This document shows, piece after piece, positions 44,850 through 57,985 of a stretch of 64,000 nucleotides of DNA. Under the pieces are notes generated by a model, which had not been told where the DNA came from, made no database searches, and worked only from the letters and a program-made list of their open reading frames with translations. Location: the NCBI GenBank assembly GCA_004431415.1, contig QPMI01000252.1, positions 1 to 64,000 of the forward strand, given 5' to 3'. The translations under genes were made by a program, and so were the position numbers. The first letter of the stretch is position 1. Each line of letters starts with the position of its first letter. Source of the DNA: Cyanophora paradoxa CCMP329 (Eukaryota > Plantae > Glaucophyta).

Positions 44850-45755
44850 CTAGAACGTGAACTTCAGGCGCTCGTCCTCGCGGAAGGATGCGTAGACCTG
44901 CGGGCGCAGGGCAGCGGCGATCAGCCAACGCGTGCGAGCGACGCAGACGGAGCACCTGGTAGATCTGGTCCGACGAGGCGACCTCGACGGTGACCGTGAG
45001 GCTCGTGTACTTGCCCTTGGCGTTCGTGCTCCACTCGTCCTCCCGCACGGGCCGCCCGATGACGACCTCCACCCTCTTCACGAGGTCCAGCGCGAACTCC
45101 GCGCCTCCCAGGCCCACCGCCTGCCCGCGCCCCGCGCGCTCCGTGGGGCGCCCCGGCGCAGCCGACGCGCCCCCCCCGCACCTTGAAAATGAAGGGACAA
45201 GGGTAGGCGAGCGCCTCGAAGACCTGCAGCCGCTCCTGCGCGTTCTCCAGCACCTCCTTCGCGGGCGCCGGCGCCGGAGCGTCGGCGTTAACACGCTGCT
45301 GCGCCGCCGAGTGCTTCCCCCGGGAGAACTGCGGCGGCAGCGGACCCTTGCCGGCGACCCATTTATTCACTGGCGAGCGCGAGCGTGCGTGAGCGCGGGC
45401 CTAGCTGTGATCGAAGGGATGCGGCGGACCCATCTGCTCCTCCTCAAATCTGCTCTGTGCGTAAGAGCGAGATCGAGGGAACCAGCTGGACATGGGCGCA
45501 CGACAGGGCCGCCTTCTTGTTGCCCGCCTTTTTCCTGAACGCGAAGCCGACGCCGCCCTGCGAGACCTCGTAGCCCCGATCGCGCTTCTCTTTCTTCGCT
45601 GGCTTCTTCTCTGGCTGCTGCGGCTGCTGCTCTGCCCGCACGCGCTGCGGTGCCTGAACCGCCGCCGTCCGGGCGCGCAGCGGCTGGAGACAGCTGGCGC
45701 CGGCGCGACGCAACGACGGTGCGCAGGAGCCCCCCAGGAACGTCGTGAACGCCAT
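44850..45755 (-). CDS. DUF493/YbeD-family protein with predicted plastid transit peptide
   Basis: Starts MAFTTFLGG; YPCPFIFK|AVG...STNAKGKYTSLTVTVEVASSDQIYQ|VYASFREDERLKFTF*. Confidence 0.82.
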
Positions 45756-45840
45756 CGCGGCACGCGCTAGCTAACTGATCTACCCGTCAAAGTGATCCGC
45801 CGCGGAATCGATCCCACGGCGCTAGAAAGCATCACCGAAG
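45756..45840. promoter_or_regulatory. Putative bidirectional promoter (85 bp between divergent ATGs)
   Basis: ATGs at 45755(-) and 45841(+) with a lower-GC spacer. Inferred from geometry only. Confidence 0.5.
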
Positions 45841-46597
45841 ATGTTGGCCTTCGCGATCCCAGCGGTCAGTTCAGTCCAGCAGCGCGTGGCGATCGCTGCG
45901 AGCGAGTGGCGGGCCGCGGACCGCGCGGCGGCGGCGCGGCGGCGGCTGGCGGCTCCGCGTGCGAGCACCGAGCTCAGCGGGAGCTCTAGCAGGCCCGTAC
46001 GCGTGTTCGCCGCGTCCGATCCATCCAACGTGTGGAGCAAAAAGCCGGCATGGTTCGTCTCGACGCTAGCTCGAGCGCCCCTAGGCTAGAGCCTGGCTGC
46101 GCAGACTGACTCCCCAGTCTCTGAAATGCAGGTGTCAGCCCTGGACCATCGTTCTGACGGTGTGCACGTCAGGCACACCTAGTCCTCGAGGGGCGGGCGC
46201 CGGCCCTCGGCGACGGCGAGGGGGTCGAGGGGCAGCGGCCCGGGCCCCGCGCCGGGGCGCCGGCCCGAGGCCGCGTTGCCCTTGCGCTCACATCCTGACG
46301 AGTCCCGCGCACGCACAGGGCGGCGGTATCATCGGCGGCTCGTGGGCGGTGTTCCACAACCAGTGCACGTGGGTGACGGGCCTCGTCTCCCTTCCCGTCC
46401 TGGCATGGTGGTTTCTGTTCCTCGGTGATCCCCGCCGTCCCCCGCCCCCCGCCTCGCCCCGGCCCCCATCGTACTTTCGTCCGCCACAGCGCAGGCTAGG
46501 CGAGCCCTTGCCGACTGACGCCGTCCCCCTCGCAGTCCTGTACCCCCGCGCCTACCGGGAAGCGTACCTGAACGGGAGCCTGGATGAGCTCGACTGA
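45841..46597 (+). CDS. Small cyanobacterial/plant-type membrane protein (DUF6737-like) with predicted plastid transit peptide
   Basis: Starts MLAFAIPAV; spliced VWSKKPAW|CQPWTIVLT|GGGIIGGSW...LAWWFLFL|VLYPRAY. Confidence 0.75.
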
Positions 46598-47018
46598 ACG
46601 CGGGCGGTCGCCGGGGCCCCCGCTGGCCCTCCTCACAAGCAGTCGATAGAGCCCACGAACGCCCCGAGCCGCCGAGCGCGCCCGTAGAGGGAACGTGGCT
46701 ATGGATGCCCCGGCCTCGCGGAGCCGTCCTCTTCCGCTGCTGCAGAGCAGGCCGCAACCTGGCAACTTCGTCGAACCTCGGAGTCGTGGCCGGCGTGCTC
46801 GAGCGGATCATTCGCACAGCTGCGCATGCAGCCCCCCCACTCATGTGCACTCACACCCCAGTGAAGCTAGCGCTCTGTCGGGATCCCAAACTACCCCCAA
46901 GCAAGCAATCGAAATCAGTGTGCCGGCCGGGCGCACTGGCACGTGCTTGAAACACTACACGGAATCTACGACTGCGGGGCGGCGCGGCGGGGGCGGCGGG
47001 CCTAGCCTGGGCCTATAG

Positions 47019-48362
47019 CTAGACCATGTGCATGAGGTGGAGGAAGAGGACGATGGTGCAGTACTGGCCGAGGGCGAAGGCCGCGCTCCGCAGCACGGGG
47101 CTGTCGTTCATGTAGAAGACGGGGTACAGCGCCCGCGCGAAGCAGTACATGCTAGCGCACCAGTTGGCCACCTGTAGGGTTCAGAGTTAGTCTTCACCGA
47201 GGAAATATGTTGTCTGCATTTTGATATCACTCATACCGCCGAGTGGTCGCCCTGTACCCCCGCCCCGCCCGCTGAGCGGACTGGCCGGCGGATGGGAGGG
47301 GGAGGAAAAGGAGCGGGCGGACCTGAATGTAGGCGATGGTGGCCGCCGCGAGGAAGGGCGGCAGGCACTCCATCGCGTTCTGGTGCGCCCATGTTGCCCG
47401 CTGGGCCCAGCCCGGCAGCCTGCCGCACGATCAGCGGCCGCCTTGCGTGGATGGAGCGGGGGCGGCGGGGGCAGGGCGCGCCTGGAGAACATGGCGCGGG
47501 GGGCGCTGAGGTCGTAGCCGCCGGGAGCGAAGACGCGGGCGAGGGCGGTGAAGAGGAAGGGGAAGTAGACGAGCGCCGAGGCGATAGCTGCCCGCCCTCG
47601 TTACTTTTGAGAAGGCTGCCGCCCCGGTCGAGCCGCACCCATGGCGTAGAGCACGGTCTCCTCGGGGAACTGCACGGGCTCCATCTTCGTCGCCCAGATC
47701 CAGTTCGTGATGTCGAAGATAGTCGCATCTGCCGCCGCTCCGCGTCAGCTTCGACGCGCGCGGCCGGGAGCTACAGCGCGGGGGTTCACCCTTGTAGTGC
47801 GGCTCGGCGCCCTGCAGGCCGTCGAGCACGTATCCGGCCTGCGCGCGGCGTGACGGTGAGACGGCAGCGCTCGACCCGCCGGTGCGCGCGGCGGCGTTTG
47901 GCCTCTTAACGCGTCGTTATAAAGCATATCTCGTCTGGACTAGAGCCTTGGCTCGCTGCGCACCTGCTCTCTCACGAAGGCCTCGACGCTGTGGAAGAAC
48001 GCGAGCGGGTCGTTTGACGCGCTCGAGGCCGCGTCTGCGGCCGCGTTCGCAGCGCCAGTTTTCATCCGAGCAGCCTCGGCCGCGGCCCTGACCGCGGCCG
48101 GGCTCTGTGCCGCGCTGGCGGCCGTCGGAGCCAGGAGCGCAGCGGCTGCCGCTGCGAGCTTGCCAGCGCCGAAAACCCGCAGCTTCGATGAGGACTCAGG
48201 AGCGCTGGCGTCGCAGCTGACTGTGAAGCGGACAGCCGGCCGGCACGTGCTCGCGGGCAAGCCTCTCCTGTGCGGCCGGGACGTGGCTACGTTCACGGAG
48301 ATTTGAGCTGTCCTGGCCGGCTGGCCATTGCGCGGGAGCGCTACGGTTGCGGTGAAGAGCAT
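47019..48362 (-). CDS. Cyanobacterial-type MAPEG family protein with predicted plastid transit peptide
   Basis: Starts MLFTATVA; LVYFPFLFTALARVFAPGGYDLSAPRAMFSR|LPGWAQRATWAHQNAME; ARALYPVFY..LRS. Includes a 15-nt microexon (GDHSA). Not visible as a single ORF in the track. Confidence 0.85.
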
Positions 48363-48866
48363 CTCCGGTCCGGATCCAGCGCGTGTGATCGAACGTACCC
48401 ACCACGTTGAGCGGATACGTATAGGTACCCCCCTCTCTGGCCGCCCCGCCCCCTCCCTGCGACAGGCCCAGGCGCACAAAGAAAAGACGAAATCGATGTA
48501 CATGCGGTTATATTGACACTGCGACCTCGTACACCTGCGACGATAACTAGAAATGTCAAATGAACTTAAGTGACTGAAGCACAAAAAGCATCGAAGCATC
48601 CCTTGGAAACTGTTGCTGACGGCGGATGCACAGCTCTACTGAAAAATAAAGAGGATTGATAGCGAGCAAGATCTAGTAACTGAAAACAGGGATTCGAGGC
48701 GTGGGGATAATTATGGGAGAACCCCTGATGGCACAGCACTACTGTAGAATGATAGCGAGCAAGATGGTTCTGACTGAAAACAGAGGTGTGGGGGGGTGGG
48801 AGTATCAGAGAAGCAGGAGAAGCTCCAGCGCGAGTGGAGGGATCCGGCCGAAGGCAGAGTTGTGGT

Positions 48867-49568
48867 TCAGCGCTGCTGCGACAGCTTGGAGCCCGAGACA
48901 ACACGCGAGAGAGCCCTGCAAAAACCCACGAGTCGGCGCCACACTCGCTATCGTGCAGCAGGACGGCATCCGCACCTCACGATGTTCTTCTTTGCCAAAG
49001 GAATCCGATTTTTGGCCGGCACGTCGGCGAGCGCCTCCCTGACCACGATAGGGTCCTCCTTGGCTTTCACCGCCTCCTCCTTGGAAGGGGCCGTGAGGTT
49101 CACGAGGGAACGCGTGCGCCCCAGCTGCAGAGGTCTCTCCTTGCGGAAAAACGCTGCAGCCAATCTCAGGGAGAGCCCTCAAGAAAGAAGAGAGCTGCAA
49201 GCTCACCCTGAAGGCGCTCACGGGCTCCAACGCCCTTAGGGGACACCTGTGGGGACTCGACGACCGGCGGCACTTCCTTGGTCTCTTTGGCCTGCTCTTC
49301 GGCCTCAAGCTGGAGCTTGGCAGTGCAGAACGCCTTGTAGCACTTGAAGGTGCAGAAGGAGAGCATGTCGACTCCGAAAGTTTTGGTTACGGCGGGCTGG
49401 GTGTCCATGAAGAGGCGGCACCCATGGCACCTTGTCTGCCCCGCCCGCCTCAGCTGCCGACGGCGCGGAGCAAGGGGCGAGGCAGACCATAGCAAGGCGG
49501 GGCACGTCATCCAGGCGGGCCTCGCCAGCAGAGGAGGACCCGATCGCCGTTCCGACGGCGACAGTCAT
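48867..49568 (-). CDS. Small hypothetical protein with TRASH/MYM-like Cys motif
   Basis: CHGC-x(18)-FCTFKC; GT-AG introns; predicted end RALSRVVSGSKLSQQR*. Confidence 0.5.
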
Positions 49569-49668
49569 CTGATAGTTCTTGCGGGCTGATTACAATGTTG
49601 CGCGGTAGATGATTTCCTCGTAAGCCACTGCGCGGCCGCGCGATCAACGCCGGAAAACCAGAATTCAT

Positions 49669-51106
49669 ATGGTTTGCGACGGCCTCAGCCGGCAGCGCAG
49701 GCCATCTAGACGGGCAACCCGCCTCCGCGAGGCAAGGAAAAGTTCCTCACGCAGTTCTCTATCGATTCTAAGGACGGGCGGCGGCGCAAGCGCCCAGAAA
49801 CTGGACCGCCGCACATCACGAGAGCTCAAAGGAGCCAACACGGACCTACTGGAGCCCGAATCGTCGTCCTCCGAGATGATCAAGTCACACATTCAAGTCT
49901 GTGAAGGCGAGAGAGATAACCGGCGTCCGGTCAGGAGAGCGTAAAGAATGTCTCTGCGCGGAAAGGGCCGTGCGTCAGCCCACGGATAGGCAGAATACAT
50001 GCGAGCCGCCTCGTGCCGTCCAGGGCCGCGGGAGGCCGCCAGCAGCAGCTGCAGCGCACCGGAATCAACAGTTGTGTGTGTACCCCCGTTGAGCGGCGGT
50101 ACCCTCATCGGCTGAGCACCGTCGACACGCGGTCGCAGCGCACCATCTGGAAGAATGGCGCACCCGCCTCCTTCTCGGGGCGTGTTTGAGCGGATCATCC
50201 GGATGTTCTTCCCCCAGAACCCGACCACGACCATGGCGGCCGACGCCTTCCGCTTCCCTGCCCCCGGGTGCGCCCCGGGACCTCCAATGCTGTCATGGAA
50301 CCGTCTGGGCCGTTGCGCGCCCCCGCGTGATACTTGCCGCCTGATGGCACTGCATCTGCGCCTATTGCGATGGTGCCGTCGCTCGTCCAGCGGCGCAGCT
50401 TGATGAATCGCTAGCAGTGGAATCCTAGAGTGCCCCTCCGCGGCGGCAGTCGCGCGGCTTCTGATCGCATCGTTCCGCAGCTCCCAGCCGGCCGCGTCGA
50501 TTCCGCGTGGCCCCGAGGGGCGGGCGTTCACCGTGAAGTACTTTGACCGCGGCGCCAAGTATTCCGCCCGGGCGGTGAGCTGCTCCGCCGCTCCGAGCAC
50601 CGCAATGTCGCCTGCAGCCTCACCCCGCGAACGCAGGACGTGGTTCAGCAGGAGAAGGTCGTCGTCGAGAGCACAACGGCCACCACGCCGTTCTCGGGGG
50701 ACCTCCCCCCCTTCCCCGGCGTGTGAGTCGCTTGGTTTCGCCTGCGCAGAGGACTCGCCGCCTTCTCTGACCACGAGTCGCGCAGGCCGCAGAAGAACAT
50801 CATGCCTTGATGTCTTGGCGTTGCGCAGATTAGACTCTAGACAGGCACAGGATTCACAATGCACAATACTTTCCCTGCAAGCGACGAGAGAGCAGGCCGC
50901 GCGGTCGCTTTGAGATAAGCTAATTGGGGAAGGACCCCCTTCCCCTTCCCCCACTTGCAATTGGGGGTGTTCGGGTGCCCACCCTAGGCCAAAATGAAAT
51001 GTCCCGACCTCCCCAAAGCGGCGGCTGCCCCCGGAGGATCCCCAGCAGTAGGTTATTTTCATCGCGTAGGCCGCCTTCCAAGGATAGGCCTCGCAGACGG
51101 GGGTAG
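49669..51106 (+). CDS. Possible hypothetical spliced gene, structure unresolved
   Basis: ATG 100 bp from the divergent gene and candidate GT..CAG introns. No recognisable domain. Confidence 0.3.
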
Positions 51107-51325
51107 CTGGATCTGCGCCTCGTTTTTCGAGGCTTGCGTTTCTGGCACTGCTCTACTATCCTCCTGAGGGCCCGGCATCCCCCGGGTACCAGCACGTAGC
51201 GCGTAGCTACCGTGTAAAGAGCATAAGAGTCGGTTCAAAAAAAAGGTGGGTGCGGGTTCATAAACCTTAAGCAGATCTAGATCTAAAGCTACTTGTTAGG
51301 GCGGAGGCCGCGGCTGCGGCGGGCC

Positions 51326-54020
51326 CTAGGGGTCGGAGCGCTTGGGGGGCGGGGCGGGGGAGGCGGCGCGCTTGTGGTCGACGGGGACGATGCGGCCGGC
51401 GTCGCCGCCGATGTCGTCGGCGGCGGGGCCGACGTCGGCGGTGGCGCTGGAGGCCTCGAGGAGGCCCGGGGAGAAGGGGGCGGGGATGGCGTGCTGCCGG
51501 AGGATGGTCGGCTCGCACGCGCGCGCCTTCGCCATGTCGATCACCACCGTCTTGTCGCAGTCCAGCGCGAAGCTGCCAGGCGTCTCACGCGCGGCGGCCG
51601 GGGGCGGGGGGCGGGGCGGGCACCGGCCGTAGGGCTCGCCGCAGGAGGAGACGAGCTGCATGAGCTCGGCGAGGTTCTTGACGGGGGCCCCGTTGAAGTG
51701 CGTCACCTGCACGTTCTGGAAGCTGCGGCGGGGTCAGCGCCGGGAGGGCGGCGCGGGGGGTCGCGGGGGGCGCCTCTGGTAGCCGGTGTTGCACTCGGCG
51801 GAGAGGACGTGGGAGAGGACGACGACCTGCTCCCCGGGCTCCGCCTGGAGCCCGTAGAAGGCCAGGCTGCAGAGCCGCACGGGCGCCTTCGACTCCCACC
51901 CGGAGCCGTACTCCGCCTGCAGGTACGGCCGCGAGAGCTCCACGAAGACAAGCCCGCCGAAGATCAGGTACCGCGGCCGCCGGTCGTACATGTGCTGCGT
52001 GCCAGAGGCCGGGCCTGTCATGCGGGGCGGGGGGGCGGGGGGCGGGGCCGGGGTTGCGGACGACGGGGACGAGGGGCCGGATGACGTCGAGGGGGAGGTC
52101 GACGGAGAGCTCGGCCCCGCCCCGCAGCACCCGCAGCGTCGTCGTGTCCCCGAGGAACTTCAGCGTCACCAGGTGCCGGAAGAGCACCCGCTCGCCCTTC
52201 CGGAACGGGATCGTCCCGTCGTTCGCGATCTGAGCGGCGAGCGCCGGCTGAGCGGAGGGGCGGGCGGGCGGGCGCGGAGCGGGGCGGACCTGGACGCCGT
52301 CGACGGCGAGGACGACGTCGCCCTCCTGCAGGCGCCCCTGCGCCGCCGCCAGCGGCAGCACGCGGTTCACGTACACGCCCGTCTGCCCCGCCTTCATCCC
52401 GCACGACTTCCGCAGGTCCGGGTTCTCCAGCGTTTGCCCTGCGGCGGGGCTCGCGCGGGGCCGGCGGGGCGGGGCGGGGCGGGGCGGGCGCGCAGTAGAA
52501 GCCGAGGGAGCAGAAGCCGGTGTAGCGGTCGTGGCGGGCGATGTCCTCCAGGAAGTGCTCCAGCACCGGCACCGGGATGATGTACCCTGCCGCCCTGACC
52601 GTCGGCACCCGCCCGCGCGGCGGCGGCGCGGGCGAGGCGGCACCGATGTTCTCGGCGTCGACGAGGGTCTCGAAGGCGACCCCGATCAGCTTCCCGTCCC
52701 GCAGCGCCGGGCCCCCGCTGTTCCCGCTGTTGATCGCTGCCGGGCGACGGGCCGTGAGGCGCGTGGGCCGCGGGCGGGGCGCGCTGCAGGGGCGCGGGGC
52801 GGCACCGGCGTCGATCTGGACGGCGAGGAGGGAGGTGCTCGTGTGCGAGTAGGTCTGCACCTCGATGCGCGAGACGACGCCCTCCGTCACGCAGATGTTG
52901 TCGCCGCCCGTCGGGTACCCTGCCCCCCGCCCCCGGCCGTCGGCCCCGGACAGGCGCGGGAGGGGACGGGGAGGGGCGGGGCGGACCGATGACGGTGACC
53001 TGGTCCTGGAGGTCGGGGATGCCGCCGAACTCGAGCTGCTCGACGCCCGCCCAGAAGCCCTCCTCCTCGACCGTCAGCAGCGCCAGGTCGCACTCGTGCG
53101 CCACCGCCAGCACCCGCGCCGTGTACTGCGCCCCCGCCGCGTCGCGCCCCGCCCCGAGGCCGCAGCGCGCGCGGCAGGCCGGGGCGCCGGCGGCGCACCT
53201 TCTCCGCGTCACCGTGCTTCCGGACCTGCACCGAGGTCTGCGGGCGGCGTCAGCGGGCGCCCCGGGCGCGGGGGGGCGGAGGTGGCGCGCCTGGTTGGCG
53301 ACGCTGTGGGCGTTGGTGACGATGCGGCGGCCCTCGATGGCGAAGCCCGACGACGTCGACTTCGACTGCCGCTTCATCTGCCTGCGCGCCCCGTCAGCCC
53401 CCGCCGCCGGCAAGCAGGCCGGCGGCCGGCCGCGCACCAGGGCATGCTGAAGTTCTGCAGAGCGCGCGGTAAAAATAGGGAGCGGTGAGAAGGGATACGA
53501 GGAGGGAGAGGGGGGCAGGAGGCAGAGGGGGGCAGGAGGGACCGGGGACATGCAGGTCGCGAAGATCTGTGGTGGCGGGCAAGGTCAGAGGGTGGCAGGG
53601 AGCGCGTGCGGCGGCAAAGCAACGAGGACAGACCTTGACGACGGATGAGAGGGGCAGGTTACTGTACTCCTCGCGGCCCTCGGCGGGCACGGGCTGGCGC
53701 TTGGCGACCTCGGAGGCCGGGGCGCTCTGGCGCCGCATCTCGGCCGCGATCATCTCCTGCAGCATCTGCCGCATCCGCGCCGGGTCCTCGGACACCCGCA
53801 GGTCCCCGTTCGAGGTCGACGCCGCCGCCTGCGGTTCGGCCGAGGCCGACTGCGAGGAATGAGTTTCGCTGGAGTGGCCGGCTCGTACCGGAATAGCATC
53901 GTACGCACCGGGGCCGTCATGAAAGAGCGCCCAGCGCAAGGAACCGCCTTCGTTGGGGAACGCAGCGCGGCCCCGAAGAAAGAGCTCGGGCGCCTCCGAA
54001 CGCCTGGAGCCGAACCTCAT
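51326..54020 (-). CDS. Deg/HtrA serine protease (plant Deg2/9/10-like, with PDZ domains), at least 13 introns, start uncertain
   Basis: Catalytic triad motifs [24 protein letters not shown]; [18 protein letters not shown]; [10 protein letters not shown]; YLIFGGLVF. Confidence 0.93.
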
Positions 54021-54773
54021 CTTAGATCGGGGGCGGGTCGGGTGTTCATTCAAAGGAAAAAGCACACCCCTGGCCTTGATTGGTTTCAACGTGAGTGTCG
54101 ATGTGCACCGCGAGCTCTGCGTGCCAGGAAAGGTTCGGAGATTTGGGGTGCAATTCGATCTAAGCCAGCGGGCGCGCGCAGACGGACCTTTGTCGTGGAG
54201 AGGGACAGCCGCATGATAGCACGCGTGGCAGCGCAGGCCATGTGCGTGGTGAAAGCTATGTGCCCGACGCTGGGCGGGGATGGAAAGGCCAACATGTCGA
54301 AGCACCTGGGCGCTGCGATCTCACGTGAGCGGAAACATAGAATGAAAGCAGGGGGCGTCTGTGCAATCGCTCACCAACTTTCCACGTCGAATGATAAGCC
54401 TAGCTGGGCCCGAGATTCTTGTATCGGGTCGGCAGAAAACGTGCAAGTGTACTTGTGCGTGCACGCGCAGCTGCTCTATCGCCTCGAGGGGGCTCTGGCT
54501 GGCCAACTAGGCGAACGACCAAGAATGTTACCGCCCGGATCCGAGCCGGCGTGGGGAGGGCAGGCCCTGCCCGGCCTTCAATTTTGGCTGAACGTCGGAA
54601 TGTACCAGTACAAACGTTAACGCTGTAGCTACTCCTAGCTATAGGGCCTGACGTGCTGCGCGCGCGTGCTGGTCTAGATCTGTAACTGGAATTCAAATGC
54701 TCTCGATCGAGCTCGCCGCGGCGCCAGACCTGTAGCGCCCTAGCTAGCCGCTGAGCTATAGCTAGCTGTAGGC

Positions 54774-57700
54774 CTAGAGCTTGATGACCTGGAGGGCGCC
54801 GCCGGAGGTGCCGATGAGGAGGGCCTCGGAGTGGCGGGCCCACTGGACGGCGAGGATCCCCTCGTTGTGGATCTTCATCTGCCGCAGCAGCCGCCCCGAC
54901 GCGACGGAGAAGATGAGCACGAAGTTGTCGAAGGAGCCGCACGCGAGGAGCCGCGCGTCGGGCGAGAGGGCGAGGGTGCACGCCCACGAGGACGGGTGCC
55001 GCATCACGTGCTTCGACTGGCCCGTGCGCGTGTCCCCGATCTTCAGGAAGTGGTCCCGCGAGCCTGCAGGCCGGCGCCCGGCCGTAAGCGAGCGAGGGAG
55101 GTAGGCCGGGGGCCCGGGGTGTGGGGGCGCGGGGCGGGGCGGGGCGGACTGGTGACGAGGACGCTGGGCTCGCCGACCTCGAGGTCGAGGATGTAGTCGA
55201 CGTGCTGCGAGACCTCCCACAGCGGGCCCTGCCCCTCCGCCCCCTGCCAGTCCCACGCCACCAGCGCCCGGTCGAGCCCCGCGGAGAGGAGCAGGGCGCC
55301 GTCCGGGGTGAAGCGGACGGCCTTGACCCAGGAGCGGTGGTGGCGCAGCACGCGCGTGCACTTCAGCGTCTGCAGGTCCCACAGCCGCACGCTGCGGTCC
55401 ATCGAGCCCGACGCGAGGCAGCGGTCCCCGGGGGCCACGTCGCAGCAGAGCACCGCGTCCTCGTGCTCCTCCAGCACCCCCACGCACTCCGCTGCCCATC
55501 GGATTGGGGCTGGCCCTCGGGTGGGGCCGGGGCGGGGGCGGGGCAGGCGGACCGGTGCGGGCGGACCAGACGCGGACGGTGTGGTCGAAGGAGGAGGAGA
55601 CCACGAAGGCGTCGGTCTGGGAGGGGCGGGGGAGGGCGGGGTCGGGGGGCGCAGGCGAGTGGGGGGGGCCGGGGGCGGACGGAGGTGAAGACGGCGCGGG
55701 TGACGATGGAGCGGTGGCCCGAGAAGCACGCCATGCAGTCCCACGCTGGAGGCCGCCGCGTCAGCTGCCGGCCGGAGGAGGGCGGGTGCGGGGCGGGCGG
55801 GCGGGGCGGGAACGCGCTGTTGGCGTCCCAGATGCGGATGAGGCCGTCGTAGCCGGCGGTGAGGAGGCAGTGCGGCGCGATGTGCGACGCCTGGATGGAC
55901 TTCAGGCCCCCGGGGTGCGCCAGCACCGTCTGCGCCGGTTCAAGCCCGGCAGGGCGGGCAGGCGAGGCGGGCGGGGCGGGCGGGGCGGGGGTGCCTTGGG
56001 GAAGACGTAGATGTCGAGGGAGGAGAAGAGGCCGTCGAGCAGCCGCGTCTTCCGCACCAGCGCCCGCACCCCGTCGTGTCGCCCGTCCTGCCCCGGCCCC
56101 GCCCTCGCCCTCGCCCTCGAGCACGGGGCGGCGCGAGCGGCGCGGGGCGCACCTTGGGGATGCCCTGCAGCAGCATCTCCGCCATGTGCACTGCGCCGCC
56201 TGGGGTTCGCGGCGGGGCCGGCGGCGGCGGGCGGCGGCGGGAGGGGGCGGGGCGGACGCTTGACGACGGGGCGGTCGAAGTCGAGGGCGCGCTCGAAGAG
56301 GGGCAGGCTCGAGCCGACGAAGTGCGCCGCCAGCTCCGACGCCCACCGGAAGCACCTCACGTACGCGTCCTGCCCCCCGCCGCCTCGGCCGGAGCGGCGC
56401 GGGCGGGCGGGGCGGGGCGGGGGCGCGCGTTGAGGCGGGCCGGCTCGGCGGTGCCGGCGGCGAAGAGGAGGAGGCAGGCGCAGAGGTAGTAGTGGTCCAG
56501 CAGCCCGCTCACCCCCGCCACCGCCGCCGCCCGCGCCGCCCAGAACTCCGCCTCTGCCTGCAGCTCGGCCTCTGCGGCCCCCGCCGCGTCGGCTTGGAGC
56601 GGGGGCCGGGGCGGAGCGCCCCGCGGACCGGACTTCTCGGAGTCGGGCTTGGCGGAGGCGTACGGGTCTTCGTCCCCCCCTAGCCGCCGGTCCTTCGCCG
56701 CCGCTGCCGCCCCGTCGGGAGGGCGGGGCGCGGGGGGCGGGGCCGGGGCCGGGGGCGGGGGCGGACAGCGGAAGGCGGACATGACCTGGAGCATGCGGGC
56801 GACCTGCTGCTTCTCGCTCGCCTCCATCTTGCGCGCCGCCGCCTTCCGCGCCGCCGCCTCCGCCGCCGCCACCGACGCCGCCGCCGCCGCCGCGTCCGGC
56901 GGGCCCGGCCCGGTGTCCCCCGCCCCCTCCGCCCCCGCCCGCCGCCGGCCCCCTGCGGCGCCCCTCCGCGGCCTCCGGGGCGGGCCGCCCTCGCCTCCGG
57001 GGCCTGGCCCTCGGCGGGGGCCGAGGGGGCGTCGGGGGCTCGCCGGCGTCGGGGCCGGGGAGCGGGGCGAGGGCTCGCCGTCGGGCGGGGCGGGCTGCGG
57101 GGCGGGGGACGGCTGCTTGGCGAGGGAGGAGGCGCTGTGGGCGTGGGCGAGGGGTTGGTGAAAGGGTTGTGGACGGGCGGGCGGGCGTCGATGTGCAGCT
57201 CCAGCGACGTGAACGAGCGCTTCAGGTACTTGAAGAGCTCCGGGTACCTGCCTCCCGCTCGGAGCCCGCCCCGCGCGCCGCGCCCCGCGCGCAGCGGGCG
57301 GCGGGGCGCACGCGGCGGTGACGGCCTCAACGACGGCGACGGCGCGCTTCCGGTCCGCCGCCGTGCTCATCCGCAGGTGCTCCAGCAGCGCCTCCACGTA
57401 CCGCTGCCCGTCCTTCGCCCTGCGCCCACCCGCCCCTCGGCGCCCCGCCTGCGGCCTCTGGGCACGCCGCGCTGCCGCCGCACCCGCTGCGCTGGCGCTC
57501 GAAGACGGCCAGGAAGTCGTCGATCTGCACCACCAGCTTCTCCAGGATCTCCAGCTCCTGCAGCACCCAGAGGCGCGTCAGCCGCCGGTCCGTACGCTGG
57601 CAGCACAGCGCGCACCGGGTCCGGCAGGCGCATCGCTGGGTTCACCTCGTTCACCCCGTTCAGCCTGTCGCGCGTTAGATACGTATACGCTTCCGGGGAG

Positions 57701-57821
57701 CGTGCTAGGCGACGCACTCGGCCTCGTCGAAGTTCTCCTTGCGGAAGAGGTTGACCAGGATCGGCGGGTGCAGCAGGTCGAGCAGCCGGCTCAGGAAGTG
57801 GTACGGCACGGCCACCTCCAT
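54774..57821 (-). CDS. Protein with helical N-terminal region and C-terminal WD40 propeller (about 7 repeats)
   Basis: LLTAGYDGLIRIWD, GHRSIV..VVSSSFDHTVRVWS, LASGSMDRSVRLWD, LLSAGLDRALVAWD, LLACGSFDNFVLIF. The upstream exons join in frame. Confidence 0.8.
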
Positions 57822-57985
57822 CACGCCGGCGCCGGCCGCGCCGGCTCGCGCCCACCGAGCTCTAAAGGCGCTGCAGTTGATAAAAACAAAACGTTTACTG
57901 GGAGGGGCTGCACGCCGACAAAGGAGCTGTCGGAGGGGGGACCAGTAAAAGACGGGTAGTGGTGTCTCCGGGCGCACCTTCGAAG

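Noticed and set aside
49893-51062. 389-aa minus-strand ORF as a gene
   Set aside because: No recognisable motifs, intronless in an intron-rich genome, and splice-like signals favour the plus strand.
53859-54620. 253-aa plus-strand ORF between Deg and WD40
   Set aside because: Overlaps the Deg 5' region in antisense, has atypical codon usage and no domain.
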